Positions 29,125-43,930 of a stretch of 64,000 nucleotides of DNA are shown piece after piece. Under the pieces are notes generated by a model. The model did no database searches. It was not told the DNA's origin and worked only from the letters and a program-made list of their open reading frames with translations. Position 1 is the first letter of the stretch. Each line of letters opens with the position of its first letter. The stretch is from positions 56,234,001 to 56,298,000 of the forward strand of contig OZ024749.1 in NCBI GenBank assembly GCA_964016885.1, in the 5' to 3' direction. Position numbers and translations under genes: made by a program. The DNA comes from Eledone cirrhosa (Eukaryota).

Positions 29125-30066
29125 AGTTATTTGAGCCAAATAATTATTTTTAACGTTTATTCTGGCTGTGATTCAAAAATCATTTCTTCTTCGTTTCGTT
29201 GTTAATCTGTGAAATTCAATTACATTCTTGTTGTCTTGACAACACCTTACTGTGTTGTTTCTTATTGTGTTTTGATTGTTATTTTAAGAAAACCTGTTAT
29301 GAGGCAATGTGTATTGAAAGTGTCAACAACGTGGTGGTGGTGGTGGTGGTGGATGTAGTGGTGGTGGTAATGGTGGTGGCAATGGCGGTGGTGGTGACAG
29401 TGGTAGTGATGGTGGTGATGGTCAGTTGACAAAATCGTTAGAGCGTCAAATAAATGCTTAACAGTATTTTTTTTTTTTTTTGCCCCTTTTTGTTGAGTTC
29501 CAATCCTGTGTTTAGGGCGCGGTGGTGTTGCGGCTGCGCTCCACCGACAAGACTCCAAAAGAATTTCCACGGACAATAACCAGTGACACCCGCTGCAACA
29601 GCCACCCTACCTTGCGGAGCTCCTCAGACGCGGCTATGGTTAAGACTTAGAAGGGACGGTATATCAAACATCACTCCGTTTCTATTTAGTTTACGTGTAA
29701 GGTTTTATAATTACCTGACAAAACCCCGAAAGACCCAAGTCCTGATGAAGACTACATTTTTATAGGGAAAGGTAATTGGGGAAAAATAGATAGATGAATA
29801 GAGAGGCAGACATTTATATATTTAACATATTTTAGTTGTTGTTGTTGTTGTTGCTGTATCAAACATTGTTTTTATTTAGCAGAGAAGGCTACACGTGTTA
29901 TTGCTATTTATCATGTATAAGGTTATATATGATAATGATAATGTTGCTTTTCATTTTATTTTCCTTATACACAAACGCGTATATATATATATATACATAT
30001 ACATACATATATATATATATACATACATACTTTGGGAGGGTCATGTTGCTAAACAAAAACGGTGTT

Positions 30067-30116
<50 letters not shown>

Positions 30117-30707
30117 TATATAGATATATTATCGCCTTATCGACCACTAATCAAAGGGAGACTGGAACGACAGATAATACAAATATCGATTTACCAGCTT
30201 ACATATGTATATATATAAACATACATATATATACATACATCACACGCATACATATCTAAACATATATATATATATATGTATATATATACATACACACATA
30301 TGTTATATATATATATACACAATATATCGATGTTCGATATCATAATAGGGAGGTCAATCGTCTGTATGTACATTTTTACACTTGCTATTTTTTTCCCTTT
30401 TATGTAAAAGGAGTTGGTATTCTGTAAAACCTATTAGTGAACCTTTATTGTTAGGTCCAGAATATTTAAATTAGATGACATCAAAGTAACTTAAACATTC
30501 CGTTAAAAATAAAAAATATTATATTTCTATACGTAGTGTATATATATATATGTGTGTGTGTGTGTGCATGTGTGTGCGTGTCTGTCTGTGTCTGTGTGTG
30601 TGTGTGTGCGTGCATGTGTACATCTGTTTGTGTGTGTTTAACTGAGTGTGGATGTGCTTTTGAATATATATATATATATATATATACATACATATACATG
30701 TGTATAT

Positions 30708-30741
<34 letters not shown>

Positions 30742-30823
30742 GTACATATACACTCATATACACATATATATATATATACATATATGCATGTGTGTACATA
30801 TACATATATACTCATACACACAC

Positions 30824-30880
<57 letters not shown>

Positions 30881-31401
30881 AGTGTATGTGTGTGTGTACA
30901 TATAGATATAAACTCATACACATGTATATATATATACACACACACACACATATATATATATTATATATATATATATATATATACAAATTCCAAGCCTATA
31001 TATAGCAAAACATGTACATACACAACTTTGGCTTTTTTTCTTTTCATTTTTTTCTTCATTTCTTAAATAAATTGACTCTTATTGACTCTTGTTGACTCTT
31101 GTTGACTCTTGTTGACTCTTGTAGATGTCAATAATATTCTAGTCTCCAGGAATCTTTGTTGGTTATGATAGTCTTCACCATTCTTCTTTAGTCTCATCCT
31201 AGATGAACTTCACAGGTGAAACCTTTCGCTACATTTCATTGGCAACAAACACGACGTCTCTCTCGCTAACAATGTGTTGTTGTGTTGTATGTGTGTGTGT
31301 TTTTGGGAGTGTTTGTGTGTGTCTGTGAGTGTTTGTGTGTGTTTGTGTGTGTGTGTTGGTACGTCACATTCTATGACATCATAGTTAGTGTTATTATCAT
31401 T

Positions 31402-31680
31402 GGTGGATTGGCAGTATCGATAGAGAGTCAGACGTCATGTTTTCCAGCATAGTTACGTCCCTTTACGGTCTGAGTTCAAATCCCCTTTCATCCTTACGGG
31501 GTCGATAAAATAAAGTACCAGTAATGTACTGGGGTCGACTTAATCGACTTTCCTCAGACCCAAATCAGAAACCAGCCTTCAGCCTATATCAGAAACCATA
31601 ATGAGGATTGGAAATATCGATAGAGCGACGGACAAAATGCCTTGCGGCATAGAGTTACGGCCCTTTTGCGTTCTGATTCC
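31402..31680 (+). mobile_element. SINE S1 plus a second partial head
   Basis: ggattggcagtatcgatagag...gagttcaaatccc...ggtcgataaaataaagtaccag. Confidence 0.88.
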
Positions 31681-31784
31681 CAACCAATGTTACTGAATAA
31701 ATGTAATAATTGATATCTGCAAAAGATTTCTTATGAAGATGAAACTGAACTCAACTTCAACGTATACGACAATAAATATTTCTC

Positions 31785-32041
31785 TCACTATAAAATCCCG
31801 GAGAGCTCAATTTGCTGGCCACTGTCACCGTGCCAGCAATGAAATCATATCCGCTCTCTTCCTCTGGAACCCTGACCCCAGCCTGACTAGGAGTAGGAAG
31901 CTGTCATTCCCTGACGTTATCTCTAGGGATACGGGAATCAGTAGACAGGACCTGGGGGCAGCGATGGGGGACAGGGAATTCTGGGGCATGAGAGTGAGAT
32001 CCGTCATCTCGACAGTAGTCGACGAATGATGATGATGATGA
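31785..32041 (+). pseudogene. RTE-clade LINE 3' fragment with (TGA)n tail
   Basis: IKSRRAQFAGHCHRASNEIISALFLW...DVISRDTG...AMGDREFW* followed by tgatgatgatgatga. Confidence 0.85.
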
Positions 32042-32074
32042 TATAATAGTGAGAGAATATGCTCCGAAATCATT

Positions 32075-32174
32075 AGACGTGTCCGTCGAACCTGCGGGTC
32101 CAGAATCAGACAGATCCACACAATGATCGCGTCTCGAGCTGTCCGCCGGCGAAACAATTGTAACACACAATAAA
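32075..32174 (+). ncRNA. Structured RNA motif with hammerhead-like 3' half (family E)
   Basis: GA-GCTG-tccgc-CGGC-GAAA-C-aatt-GTA followed by AATAAA. Homologous to 43451-43549. Confidence 0.5.
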
Positions 32175-32209
32175 TTGAGTTCAGATGCATCACTGATTTT
32201 TCGTTTTCT

Positions 32210-32235
<26 letters not shown>

Positions 32236-32244
<9 letters not shown>

Positions 32245-32329
32245 AAGGCTTTTCTATATTAAATATGTATACTCTGCTTTGTATTGAGTACCTTACTTCT
32301 GTAGTTACTCCCGATTGAACTCGGGATAA

Positions 32330-32330
<1 letters not shown>
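32236..32330 (+). mobile_element. Foldback-tail family A, short copy in (TA)n
   Basis: Hairpin atatagaaaag-g-cttttctatat plus the family A tail. Confidence 0.85.
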
Positions 32331-32397
<67 letters not shown>

Positions 32398-32536
32398 CAC
32401 AGGACACGTAAATTGTTTACACCCGCACATAATCCCGAAATTACCACTGGTAGAACACTGGAAGGTAGTATCCGTAGTGGCAGAGAACTCAGTCCATTGG
32501 ACGAGTTAGGTAGAAGTGGTTACTGTGTTACCACTT

Positions 32537-32595
<59 letters not shown>

Positions 32596-32600
<5 letters not shown>

Positions 32601-32783
32601 AAGGCAAAATAATGAGTCTTGTTACTCTGGAGTTTCACGTGCTTTTCACATAGCCATCAGATAACCTTGTGAGAAGCTGGTGAAACTCCAGAGAAGCAAG
32701 ACTCAATATATAGCTTTAATAAAATGAATATTTAAACTAATTCGGTATTGTGTACACTTTCCTCTCGGAAGTCAACTACATAC
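32596..32783. mobile_element. Foldback-tail element (family F) with variant hammerhead-like motif
   Basis: Imperfect arms at 32596-32650 and 32668-32723. The minus strand reads CTGATGG-ct-ATGTG-aaaag-CACGT-GAAA-CTC-ca-GAGTA. Confidence 0.65.
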
Positions 32784-33137
32784 AGATATATATATATATT
32801 TAGACACACACACATGTATATATAGATATGTGTAAATGTGTGAGTGTCTTTGTTTGGTTCAAGGGAATTCCTCATTAAATTAGTAATTGTGATTCTATCT
32901 ATTTTGGTCATTTGATGTCATCTCCGTTGCCAGGAAGGTAAGCTACATTCAATAGAAACCAACAGATGGTGTGTCCCTTAAGATGGCTACCATCAATTCT
33001 ACCTTATATTCCCTGCTGAAAATTATAAAGCAAATGAATGCTACTATCGTAGTGAAAGAAACTACATCAAACTTAATCTCATCGAATAGGAGAGCGTTCA
33101 TTTATCACAGGTTTCTAACTTATATTGTTGTTGTAGT

Positions 33138-33729
33138 TGGCAGACTCGTTAGAACGTCTGCCAACGACAGCTCTTTATTTTCTGAATTTAAATTCCGTTG
33201 AGGTTAGCTTTGTCTTTCATCCTTAGAGGGTCGGTAAAATAAAGTACCAGTAACGCACTGGTGTCGATTTACTCGGCTTTCCCCTCCCCCAAAATTGTTG
33301 GCCTTGTGCCTAAATCAGAAACCATTATTATTACTATTATTACTAGGGCGGTGCTCGGTAGAGCGTCAGACAACATGCTTTGCAGCATAGAGTTACAACC
33401 AGAGTTCAAATCCGGCCGAGGTTAGCTTTACCTTTTACCTTTACGGGGCCGATAAAAGAAAGTACCAGTAATACACTGGGTTCGATTTAATCGACCTTTC
33501 CCTCCCCCAAAATTATTGGCCTTGTGCCTAAATCAGAAATCATTTGGATTGGCAGTATCGGTAGAGGGCCGGACGCCATGCTTTGCAGCACAGTTACGTC
33601 CCTTTACGGACTGAGGTCAAATCCGGCCGAGGTTAACTTTGCTTTTCATCCTTACAGGGTCGACAAAATAAAGTACCAGTAATACACTAGGATAATTGCT
33701 GGCCTTGTGCCAAAAGTAGAAACAATTAT
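33138..33729 (+). mobile_element. Three head-to-tail SINE S1 copies
   Basis: Copies at about 33138-33325, 33346-33541 and 33545-33729. Confidence 0.9.
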
Positions 33730-33910
33730 TATTATTGTTGCTGTTTTTGTTCTTGTTGTTATCGTTACTGTTGTTGTTGTTGTTGTTATAGATATTTGTA
33801 AATTACTTCTACGGGGTGCCGTAGTAAGTGGTCTCATTGTTTGACACAAAGCTAATCCCACGGGGGTTTCCATCGGATTGAATAGCAAATGAGGGTTAAA
33901 GGATGGTATT

Positions 33911-34051
33911 AAGAAGAAGAAGAAAAGAAAAAGAAAAGAAAAAGAAAAGAAAAAGAAAAGAAAAAGAAAAGAAAAAGAAAAGAAAAAGAAAAGAAAAAGA
34001 AAAGAAAAAGAAAAGAAAAAGAAAAAAAGAAGAAGAAGAAGAAGAAGAAGA
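33911..34051. repeat. (AAAAG/AAAAAG)n-(GAA)n purine tract
   Basis: Direct reading. It forms the tail of the adjacent minus-strand repeat. Confidence 0.95.
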
Positions 34052-34230
34052 ATAGTTTAATTTATTGGCCACAAGGGCCGACATATAGGGGACAATACAA
34101 AAGACAGGGACAGTGGGGGTTTACATATACAACGTGTAAAGAATATAAATAACAATAACAAAATAACAATAAAAATACAAGGAAAATTCCCCAATATAGG
34201 GGGGATGACCACCCAGGGTTCACTCAGGTA
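34052..34230 (-). mobile_element. Second copy of the putative LINE 3' UTR repeat
   Basis: High similarity to 3766-3940. Confidence 0.75.
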
Positions 34231-34237
34231 CTCCATA

Positions 34238-34415
34238 ATATTTCTACTTTTGGCACAAGGCCAGCAATTACCCCAGTGTATTACTGGTACTTTATTTTAT
34301 CGACCCTGTAAGGATGAAAGGCAAAGTTAACCTCGGCGGGATTTGAACTCAGATCATAAAGGGAGGTAACTCTATCCTTCAAAGCATGGCGTCCGACCCT
34401 CTACCGATACTGCCA
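34238..34415 (-). mobile_element. SINE S1, near-consensus
   Basis: Full reverse-complement copy. Confidence 0.93.
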
Positions 34416-34791
34416 AAAAATAATAATGATAACAATAACAGCAATAGCAACAATAACAAGAAGTATGGAGTCGCATAATAGTCTAGAAACAGCGTCATAT
34501 GGACCGGAAATGAAACATCGAACGGCCATAACTAGTCAACGTTTTTGTCACTAATTGGCAAAATCTAGAGAACACGTGATGCCAAAAGAAGGATCCTCTA
34601 CCATCTACAAACTCCTCTCCCCCTCCACCCTTCGATTTCTTGTTCTTCATTCAACGATGAAATATCACATAGCGATTTTTCAAATTAATTTCCAAGCAAG
34701 ATGTTTTTCGGTTGAATGGAACCGGTTTTTGCGACATGTAGTTTCTACCTATCCTCCCCATCCTCCTCCACCTCCTCCTCTTCGTCCTTAT

Positions 34792-34856
<65 letters not shown>

Positions 34857-35217
34857 TAAACACTCTTTCTCACAAGCATTCTAAGACTTCTTCGCAAACT
34901 ATTTTTATCATTGGCCTTCCCCCTCTCTCTCTCTTGTGTGTATACCTCCTCTATCTATCTCTTATAGACTTCCCTCCCTTACACACGCTCTCCCATTCTC
35001 TTTGTCTACCACACTCATTCTATTACCAATACACACTCATTTTTCTACCACACACACACCACCCCCAATACCCCCATCAAACCACCACTCTCTCAACACC
35101 AACACCACCACCACGTCCACCACTCTCTATCATTGCCACCACCGCCACTACCACCACTTCTGGCTGATACCATCACCACCACATCCACCTCTAACATCAA
35201 ACCCCCACTTTCTCAGG

Positions 35218-35254
<37 letters not shown>

Positions 35255-35565
35255 AGCTTTAACTAATCTCAGTCTCCTGTTTTCCTTTCATATCATAAAG
35301 ACCTTCATTTATCCGCTCCATCGACCAAGTAATAACATTACATCATTAGCGGAGGTTAACATGTTTACGGCAGGTCAAAATTGTCTTGGCAGTTATTCCC
35401 CGACTAATCAAAGATTTAGTCTTGCTCAACCTTTCTATTCACTTGTAAGGCCAACTATTGCAATTACAGTCGTTCTATTAGTACAACGTTGTAGACAAGC
35501 CTTCTGTCTTTATGTATACATATATATACATACACACATATAAATGTGTATGTGTATTTGTATTT

Positions 35566-35631
<66 letters not shown>

Positions 35632-35689
35632 TTATGTGTATATGTGTATATATATATGTGTGTGTATGTATATGTGTGTGTGTATATAA

Positions 35690-35763
<74 letters not shown>

Positions 35764-35831
35764 CAACTGTTCTCAGGCTGGTGAACTAACTGTTGTGTTA
35801 TACTTCTATATATATATATGTATGTGTGTGT

Positions 35832-35943
<112 letters not shown>

Positions 35944-35945
35944 TG

Positions 35946-35980
<35 letters not shown>

Positions 35981-35982
35981 TG

Positions 35983-36052
<70 letters not shown>

Positions 36053-36284
36053 AATATATACATATACACACATATATACATATATATACATATATATACA
36101 TTATATATATATATAATGTTTAACCATTGTTCAAAACTATGATATTCTTTTTCTCTGATTTCTTCGCCTTCGTGCTTGTAAAATAAAATACAAGTTAAAT
36201 AAAAATTGAATTAAAAAATCATTTGAATAGAAAAACACAGTCCAGCCATGTAAGAGACGTATATGTATGCATGTATATATATAA

Positions 36285-36353
<69 letters not shown>

Positions 36354-36477
36354 TACACATATACAAAATATCCAGCTGAGAAAACTGGTGAACCCTCATA
36401 CAGTCGATATACGACGAGAGAGTCCATCATATATACCAATGTGTGTGTGTGTGTTTATATATTTACACACACCCACA

Positions 36478-36514
<37 letters not shown>

Positions 36515-36517
36515 GTG

Positions 36518-36548
<31 letters not shown>

Positions 36549-36885
36549 ATGTGTGTTTTATTTGCTAAGTCTTGTGTGTATGTATTCATCAGTTTATATA
36601 TGCAAGTTATTAAAGTCTTTAGAGTTGTTAAAGTTGTTATTGTTATTACTGTTGCTGTTTAATTTTATACCCAAATTTATCGCATGACTGTGACATGGAC
36701 TCATAAGAAAATGAGAGAAATATATGTTCAACAATGTTTTTATAGCAGAACAGATATTGAAATGAATTACTGTTTTAATTAGACTTGTCTTTGTACAACA
36801 ACATTTCTCATTAGACAACACAATCTCTCGCTGGACGTGAAGACGTGGAAAGACTTCCGTTGTAAGAGTCGTCTGGTTAGTGTGT

Positions 36886-36951
<66 letters not shown>

Positions 36952-37102
36952 TACAAATACATATATATATATATATATATGTATGCATGCGTGCGCGAGT
37001 ACAAATATATATATATATATGTGTGTGTGTGTGCGTGTGTGTGTGTGTGTGTACAAATACATATATATATATATATATGCATGCATGCGTGCGCGAGTAC
37101 AA

Positions 37103-37150
<48 letters not shown>

Positions 37151-37195
37151 AAATACATATATATATATATATATATATATATCATGCGTGCGCGA

Positions 37196-37235
<40 letters not shown>

Positions 37236-38443
37236 ATGTGTGTGTACAAATATATATATGCATGCATGTGTGCTTGCGTGCGCGAGTACATATATATATA
37301 TATATACGTATGTATGTGTGTATGTACAAATATGTATATATATGTGTGTCTGTGTGCATGTACAATTACGAATATATGTGTTTATGTGTGCATGTACAAA
37401 TACCTATTATATGTGTGTGTGTGTGTAGTGTGTAAAAAATATACGTATATATGTTTATGTATATGTGCTTATATATACAATATATGTATGAGTAAGTGTG
37501 TGTGTGTACATGTATGCTTTCATGAATGTACATATATGCATGTATATTCGTATGGCTGGATGGATGCATATGTATATATGAACGCTGGTATATGTTTTTA
37601 TGTGTATGCACGTGCATGTATGTGTATTTATGTATGTGCATGTATATGTATGTGCGTGTATGTGTATGTGCGCGTACATGTGTATATGTGTGTATATATG
37701 TGCATGTGTATGTGCGCGTACATGTGTATATGTGTATGCATGTGCATGTGTATATATATGCACATATATACACATGTACGTATATGCATATGTATATACA
37801 TCTGTACGTATATACATATGTATATACATCTGTATGCACGTGTTTGTATATGCACGTGTATATATGCACGTGTATGTATATGCACGTGTATGTATATGCA
37901 TGTGTATGTGTATGTATATGCATATGTATATACATCTGCACGTGTATGAACGTGTACGTATATGCATATGTATATACATGTGCACGTGTATGTATATGCA
38001 TGTATATGCATGTGTATGTGTATGAACGTGTATGTATATGCATGTGTATGTATATGCATATGTATATACATGTGCACGTGTATGTGTATGTATGTATATG
38101 TGTATGCATGAATCATACATACGTGTATATATAGTATATAGTATATATATGTCTATATTTATAAGAATGTTCAATGATGATCTGTAGCCAACTTTAACCA
38201 AATACTCCTCCAAGCTTGACAAGCTTCATAACATTTCCCTCTAAAGCTTTCTTTCCTCTCTTTTACAATCTTTTTTACAATTTTTACATTTTTTTAAATA
38301 TTGTATCGTATTAAATTATAATTAGGAATGGTTTAATTATTATTAATATCATTACGTTTAATTAGGCGGTGGATGGACTGGACGATAAGGAATATAGAAA
38401 ATGCAAGAGATATCTTACATTACTACTTCTATTATTTTCCTGA

Positions 38444-38619
38444 GTGGATTGGCAGTATCGGTAGAGAGTCGGGAGCCATGCTTTCCAGCACAGCATAGTT
38501 ACGTCCCTTTACTGACTTAGTTCAAATCCCGCCTTTTATCCTTACGGGGTCGATAAAATTAAGTACCAGTAATGTACTGGGTAATTGCTGGCCTTGTGCC
38601 TATAGTTGAAACAATTATT
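38444..38619 (+). mobile_element. SINE S1
   Basis: A/B boxes and tail, with a small internal deletion. Confidence 0.9.
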
Positions 38620-39878
38620 ATCCTGAGTTCTGTGTTCAAATCCCACCGAGGCCATTTTTGCTTTTAATTTCATTTTTTTTTTTTCTTTTGTCGAAGTTGG
38701 ATAAAATGAAATACTAGTCAGATGTTGAGTGAATAGAATTGACTTCCTTTCGATATGTTAGTATGATTTACATTAACACAGGCACCGTATTGAGTGCTTT
38801 GGCAAAGCTTTTAATTTCCGTGTAGTCGTGGAATTGACCAAAAACTTGTGAATGAGAACTATACAGAATACAGTCGAGTGTGTATAGATGTATGTATGTA
38901 TTTTGAATGTATGTGTGTATGTAAGTATATTGGTTTAAGATGGTGCGTAAAAAGTTACCAATCATTCAATAAGGAGGTATGTTAGAAATACCAAACTGAA
39001 ATAAGTAGTGAGGATCGATAAAATCGACTAAAAACCCATAAAACCCATAAAAACCCATAAAACCCATAAAAGATAATATTTTTAAAATATCCTTATAAGG
39101 AAGAAATTTAAACATGAACGATAATCCACTTCAGGTAACAAGTGTCAGACATAAACCGGTGATTTGTCTGTCTTTTACACCTGTTATTTTTTACCTGATG
39201 CTACTTGTTAGATCTTTTATGGATTGGATATCGTAAAAACACTACTATGTAATTAGGAATCAAAATTTTCATGAAACGACGAGATTTTTTAATAATTCTT
39301 CATTTAAAATTGAGTCAAATTTGTGATTTAAATCTAAACAGTTACAAACTTCTAATATAGTGTAAGCAAGGAAGCAAACTGGTTTTGTCATGAACAGTAA
39401 GAAGTATTGTATCATTTGTTTAATTAAAGATACTGAACTATTTATTAAATCCTGGTTTAGTCTGCAGAGAACGGTCAAGCTATATTTTTCACAACTTCAT
39501 TGAGTTCTTGCCGCAAATGGAACTAAAATTCCCAAATTATATTAACTTTTAAATGAGGTTTACTGAAACTATAAGAGATTTTTCTAATATTAATGACTTT
39601 AGTGGAAATATCTCTAAATAATTCAACACACGGGATGATTTATATAAATGAAAATTGTGTTCAAAGAAACTCCAAGACAAAGAATATTCTCAGAAGAACC
39701 GTTTTAAAGTTGAAAAATGGAAAATAAATTCCCTCTACGGCTGACAGAAAGATGCTTCTAAACAATATAATAAAAGCTTTATCTCTTGTAAAATAGCCAA
39801 GTTAGTTGTGTAATGTTTGTTCACTAAGAACTAATAGTTTTATTGAAAGTGGCGTTGATATTGTTGATAGTATTTAGA

Positions 39879-39982
<104 letters not shown>

Positions 39983-40244
39983 GAAAAGAAGAAAAGACAG
40001 CGGATGGTATCAATTGAATTGATACTTTCTATAACGATAAATTCTAAAGATGAAGGGTATTTGCAATTCTGGAAAAGTGTATATTAAGAAAATACGATTT
40101 ATAAACTAAAATTAATTACTGCGTCAATTTTGAAATATAATGAATTTAAAAATGGAGATATACAATGAGCAAATATTTCTTAACCTCGTATCTCTTCTGA
40201 AGTTCAACTCTCCCAAATGATGCGCTAAACATTATATATATATA

Positions 40245-40353
40245 TCATCATTTCATCATCATCATCTTCGTTTAACGTCCAATTTTCCACGCTGGCATGG
40301 GTTAGACGAGTTGTCCTGTTGCGAGCAATGCCAGATCGGCTGACCGTGTCTTG

Positions 40354-40356
<3 letters not shown>
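40245..40356 (-). mobile_element. SINE/LINE 3' end with RTE-like (GAT)n tail (family S3); others at 54645-54686 (+), 59290-59343 (+) and 62557-62830 (-)
   Basis: catcatc..gtttaacgtcc..tttccacgctggcatgggttagacg is shared among the copies. Confidence 0.8.
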
Positions 40357-40415
<59 letters not shown>

Positions 40416-40811
40416 CATATACCTCTACGACTGCATCATTCTAAATGAGCAATTCTTAACCTAAACGACATTATGGAATTCTAACGGGGGAAATTTGTTT
40501 TTCAGTTGAAAGATTCATATCATTATTCACAGATTTTTTTTAGATCTATTTTCCCTAATGCTAATTTTAAAGATGTTAATGTTAAATTGATATAAGGCTG
40601 TTGATATTTAAACAATACATTGAGTTACATGCATCAGGTCTAGGCAAAAATTTGGATAGTAAATTGATCTCTTCAACCTAAAAATATCGAACACAATGGC
40701 GTTAGTTCATATACGGTCATTTAATATTTCTGTTACACGAAACTAGAGTATTTCTATAGGACCTTATTTTTAACAATGGAAAGTAATTCCTTCAAAACTT
40801 ATGGAAATATT

Positions 40812-41092
40812 CTATTAGCAATTTATTGGCAATCTCAGGGACAATCTGTTAGCAATCTCTTAACAATTTATTGGCAATATTATGGACGATATGTTAGCAA
40901 TCTTTTGGCGATCTAATGGACGATATATTAGCAATCTGTTAGCAATCTTTTGACAATCTCATGCACAATCTGTTAGCAATCTCTTAGCAATCTTTTGGCG
41001 ATCTAACGGACGTTATATTAACAATCTAATGGACATTCTGTTAGCAACCTAATAGAAATCTTTGGCAATCTGTTAACATTCTACGGACAACC
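40812..41092. repeat. Degenerate 11-bp minisatellite (tagcaatctgt)n
   Basis: Periodic gcaatct/acaatct at 11-bp spacing. Confidence 0.8.
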
Positions 41093-41642
41093 TGTAGGAA
41101 TTGTTCTGTTTCATATTAGAGTAACAAAAAAAGAAAACCTGAAACTGCTTAACAAGTTATATAAACAGACGATATAGCAGACGATATTAAAGAGAATTAT
41201 TTGAATGAAACTAGAACTATCTTTAAGATCAAATTGTAGTGTATTAGTATCTCTGTAGGGGACAGACAGTCGATTGGGATAACATTTTATTTTATTACTT
41301 CGTTTAGAATGACTGACTGCAGCGGCCATTAAAATATTTCAACATTTTAAACTCGATTAATTACAAATAGACCAGGATTTAAGATAAAATAATAACAACA
41401 ATAACAACAACAATAATAAAGATAGTACCGGAACAAGTTTAAAGTATAAAGTTATAAATGTACTTTTTTTTAAATTAAAAATAATGCTTTTTAAATTCGT
41501 TTGACATATAAAATCTCTTAAAATACTCTAAACAGTTTATAGACAATATATTTGACTGTAATAAACTGTGAGATAAAGAAACGAGAGTAGCGATAAAATC
41601 AGAGAATTGTGAGTTTTATGTCTAAGTAAGTGTGCATGTGGT

Positions 41643-41679
<37 letters not shown>

Positions 41680-41720
41680 TGTATACTACCAGAGGACTAA
41701 CATATACATATATGTGTGTG

Positions 41721-41805
<85 letters not shown>

Positions 41806-42001
41806 GTGTATATATAAAGATGTATACTACCAGACGACTAATATATATATATATGTGTGTATAATTACATTCATAAAATATGTGTGTTGATATATATATA
41901 TATATAGGTGTATACTACCAGACGACTAACATATACTTATATATATATGTGTGTGTGTATGTGCGTGTATAATTACATACATAAAATATAGATGTGTGTG
42001 G

Positions 42002-42038
<37 letters not shown>

Positions 42039-42356
42039 ATTATATATTTATATCTATATTCTTTATATGTATATATACTTACATACAGACACATATGTAA
42101 AAATGTATATACGCATGTGTGTGTGTTTGTAGATATGTATTATATGTATATAAGAATATGTGTGTATGTATATATCTTTGTCCATAGCTATATACCCTTA
42201 CACAGATCTAATATATTATATACTTAGCTGAATGAAGCTATTGTAACCGTTATCTTGGAGACATTATTTCAATGTCTCAATTGATATCAAGCTAAAAGAT
42301 ACGTTGACAGATCACACACACACATATACACACACATTATATATATATATGGGAGG

Positions 42357-42543
42357 GCGGTGGGTTGGCAGTATCGGTAGAGGGTCGGACGCCATGCTTT
42401 GACGCATAGAGGTACGACGGCCCTTGCCATTCTGAGTTCAAATCCCGCCGAGGTTAACTTTGCCTTTCATCCTTACGGGGTCGATAAAATAAAGAACCAG
42501 TAATGCACTGGGTAATTGCTGGCCTTGTGCCTAAAGTAGAAAC

Positions 42544-42548
<5 letters not shown>
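42357..42548 (+). mobile_element. SINE S1, near-consensus, in (TA)n
   Basis: ttggcagtatcggtagagggtcggacgccatgc...gagttcaaatcccgccgaggttaactttgcc. Confidence 0.93.
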
Positions 42549-42598
<50 letters not shown>

Positions 42599-42609
42599 GG
42601 GGGGGGGGG

Positions 42610-42828
42610 GTCAGGACCCCGACGGCAGAGCTCAAGCCGTTTCGACAGCTATTTCTGGACCAGAAACTTCCGTTTCAGAATATCCCGTTAAGGGTGAAAG
42701 CAGCGATTCGTTGCTTAATCTTTAATCTGTTATTTTAATAAATATTTGCTCTACGGTTCTTATAAATTTGATATATATTTATTCTTATCGAGCCCTCTTT
42801 GGATTTTAGTCTTCACATTTATTATTAT

Positions 42829-42830
<2 letters not shown>
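42610..42830 (+). mobile_element. Family B left arm (42610-42668) fused to the 5969-type repeat (42680-42830)
   Basis: gaccccgacggcagagctcaagccgtttcgacagctatttctgg followed by atatcccgttaagggtgaaagc. Confidence 0.75.
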
Positions 42831-42882
<52 letters not shown>

Positions 42883-43159
42883 GCATGTGTTGTAGTACAT
42901 GATAGTGTAGTATAGTATTTCACGAGCACGCTATCCCGTTGCTCGTATCAAGTGGAACACTCATCGTCGTAACTGACGAAGTGCCAGTTTATAGCATAGT
43001 ATATGATAGTATGATAGTGTATATGTCATGTTATAGTAACGTCTTGAACTTCAATTTTCTTTTCATTTCCATTGAGCACTCTATTAAAGATTTACACGGG
43101 ATTTATATTTTCATTATATTCGCGAGATATATATTTCCTTAAACTATATATATATATAC

Positions 43160-43587
43160 AGAGGGTATAACTTGGAGTTTCTGCAGGTTCACTCGGGAGA
43201 GCACTCGATGTTTAGCTTCACTTCTGTGATAAGGTGTAGAGCTAGACAGAGTGTAATATATTGAAAGGATAACAAGGACGATTGGTTACTCCTTCATTAC
43301 ATTTATTGGTAGGTGACGCGCGTTTCGCCACTGATCAGCTCAGGGTTCGATCTGTATCGATCCTGCCCGACTCAATGATCGGCAGCTCGGCGGACCCTTT
43401 AAAATGCTATGAGAAAAATAGATATATATAGATTTTTCTTATAGCATTTTAAAGGGTCCATCGAGCTGCCGATCATTGAGTCGGGCAGGATCGATACAGA
43501 TCGAACCCTGAGCTGATCAGTGGCGAAACGCGCGTCACCTACCAATAAATGTAATGAAGGAGTAACCAATCGTCCTTGTTATCCTTT

Positions 43588-43595
<8 letters not shown>
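43160..43595 (-). mobile_element. Large foldback-tail element (family E) with arms of about 164 bp
   Basis: Arms at 43256-43419 and 43432-43595 differ at 3 positions. An unpaired tail lies at 43160-43255. Each arm contains GGC-GAAAC-GCGC-GTC...AATAAA. Flanked by (TA)n. Confidence 0.88.
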
Positions 43596-43630
<35 letters not shown>

Positions 43631-43749
43631 AAAATGTGTGAGATCCTTGCTACAGTTGGGTATATTTGAAAAAAAGGAAAAGAATGACTTCACTTGTAGT
43701 GCTAAATAATTTGATTTAATTTAATAATATTATAATATATATATATATA

Positions 43750-43930
<181 letters not shown>

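Noticed and set aside
29714-29775. CTGATGA near gaaagacccaagtc as a hammerhead
   Set aside because: Only one hairpin lies between GAAA and CTGATGA, and no helix II closes onto a downstream GAAA.
31072-31260. Short minus-strand ORF with a 10-bp repeat and an X-box-like GTTGCC upstream
   Set aside because: The 44 codons run into a (gttgactctt)n repeat and the motif match is partial.
42915-43000. Hairpin acgagca/tgctcgt next to GAAA (minus strand) and a nearby CTGACGA (plus strand)
   Set aside because: The core halves are on opposite strands and each is incomplete. At most it is a decayed pLTR fragment.
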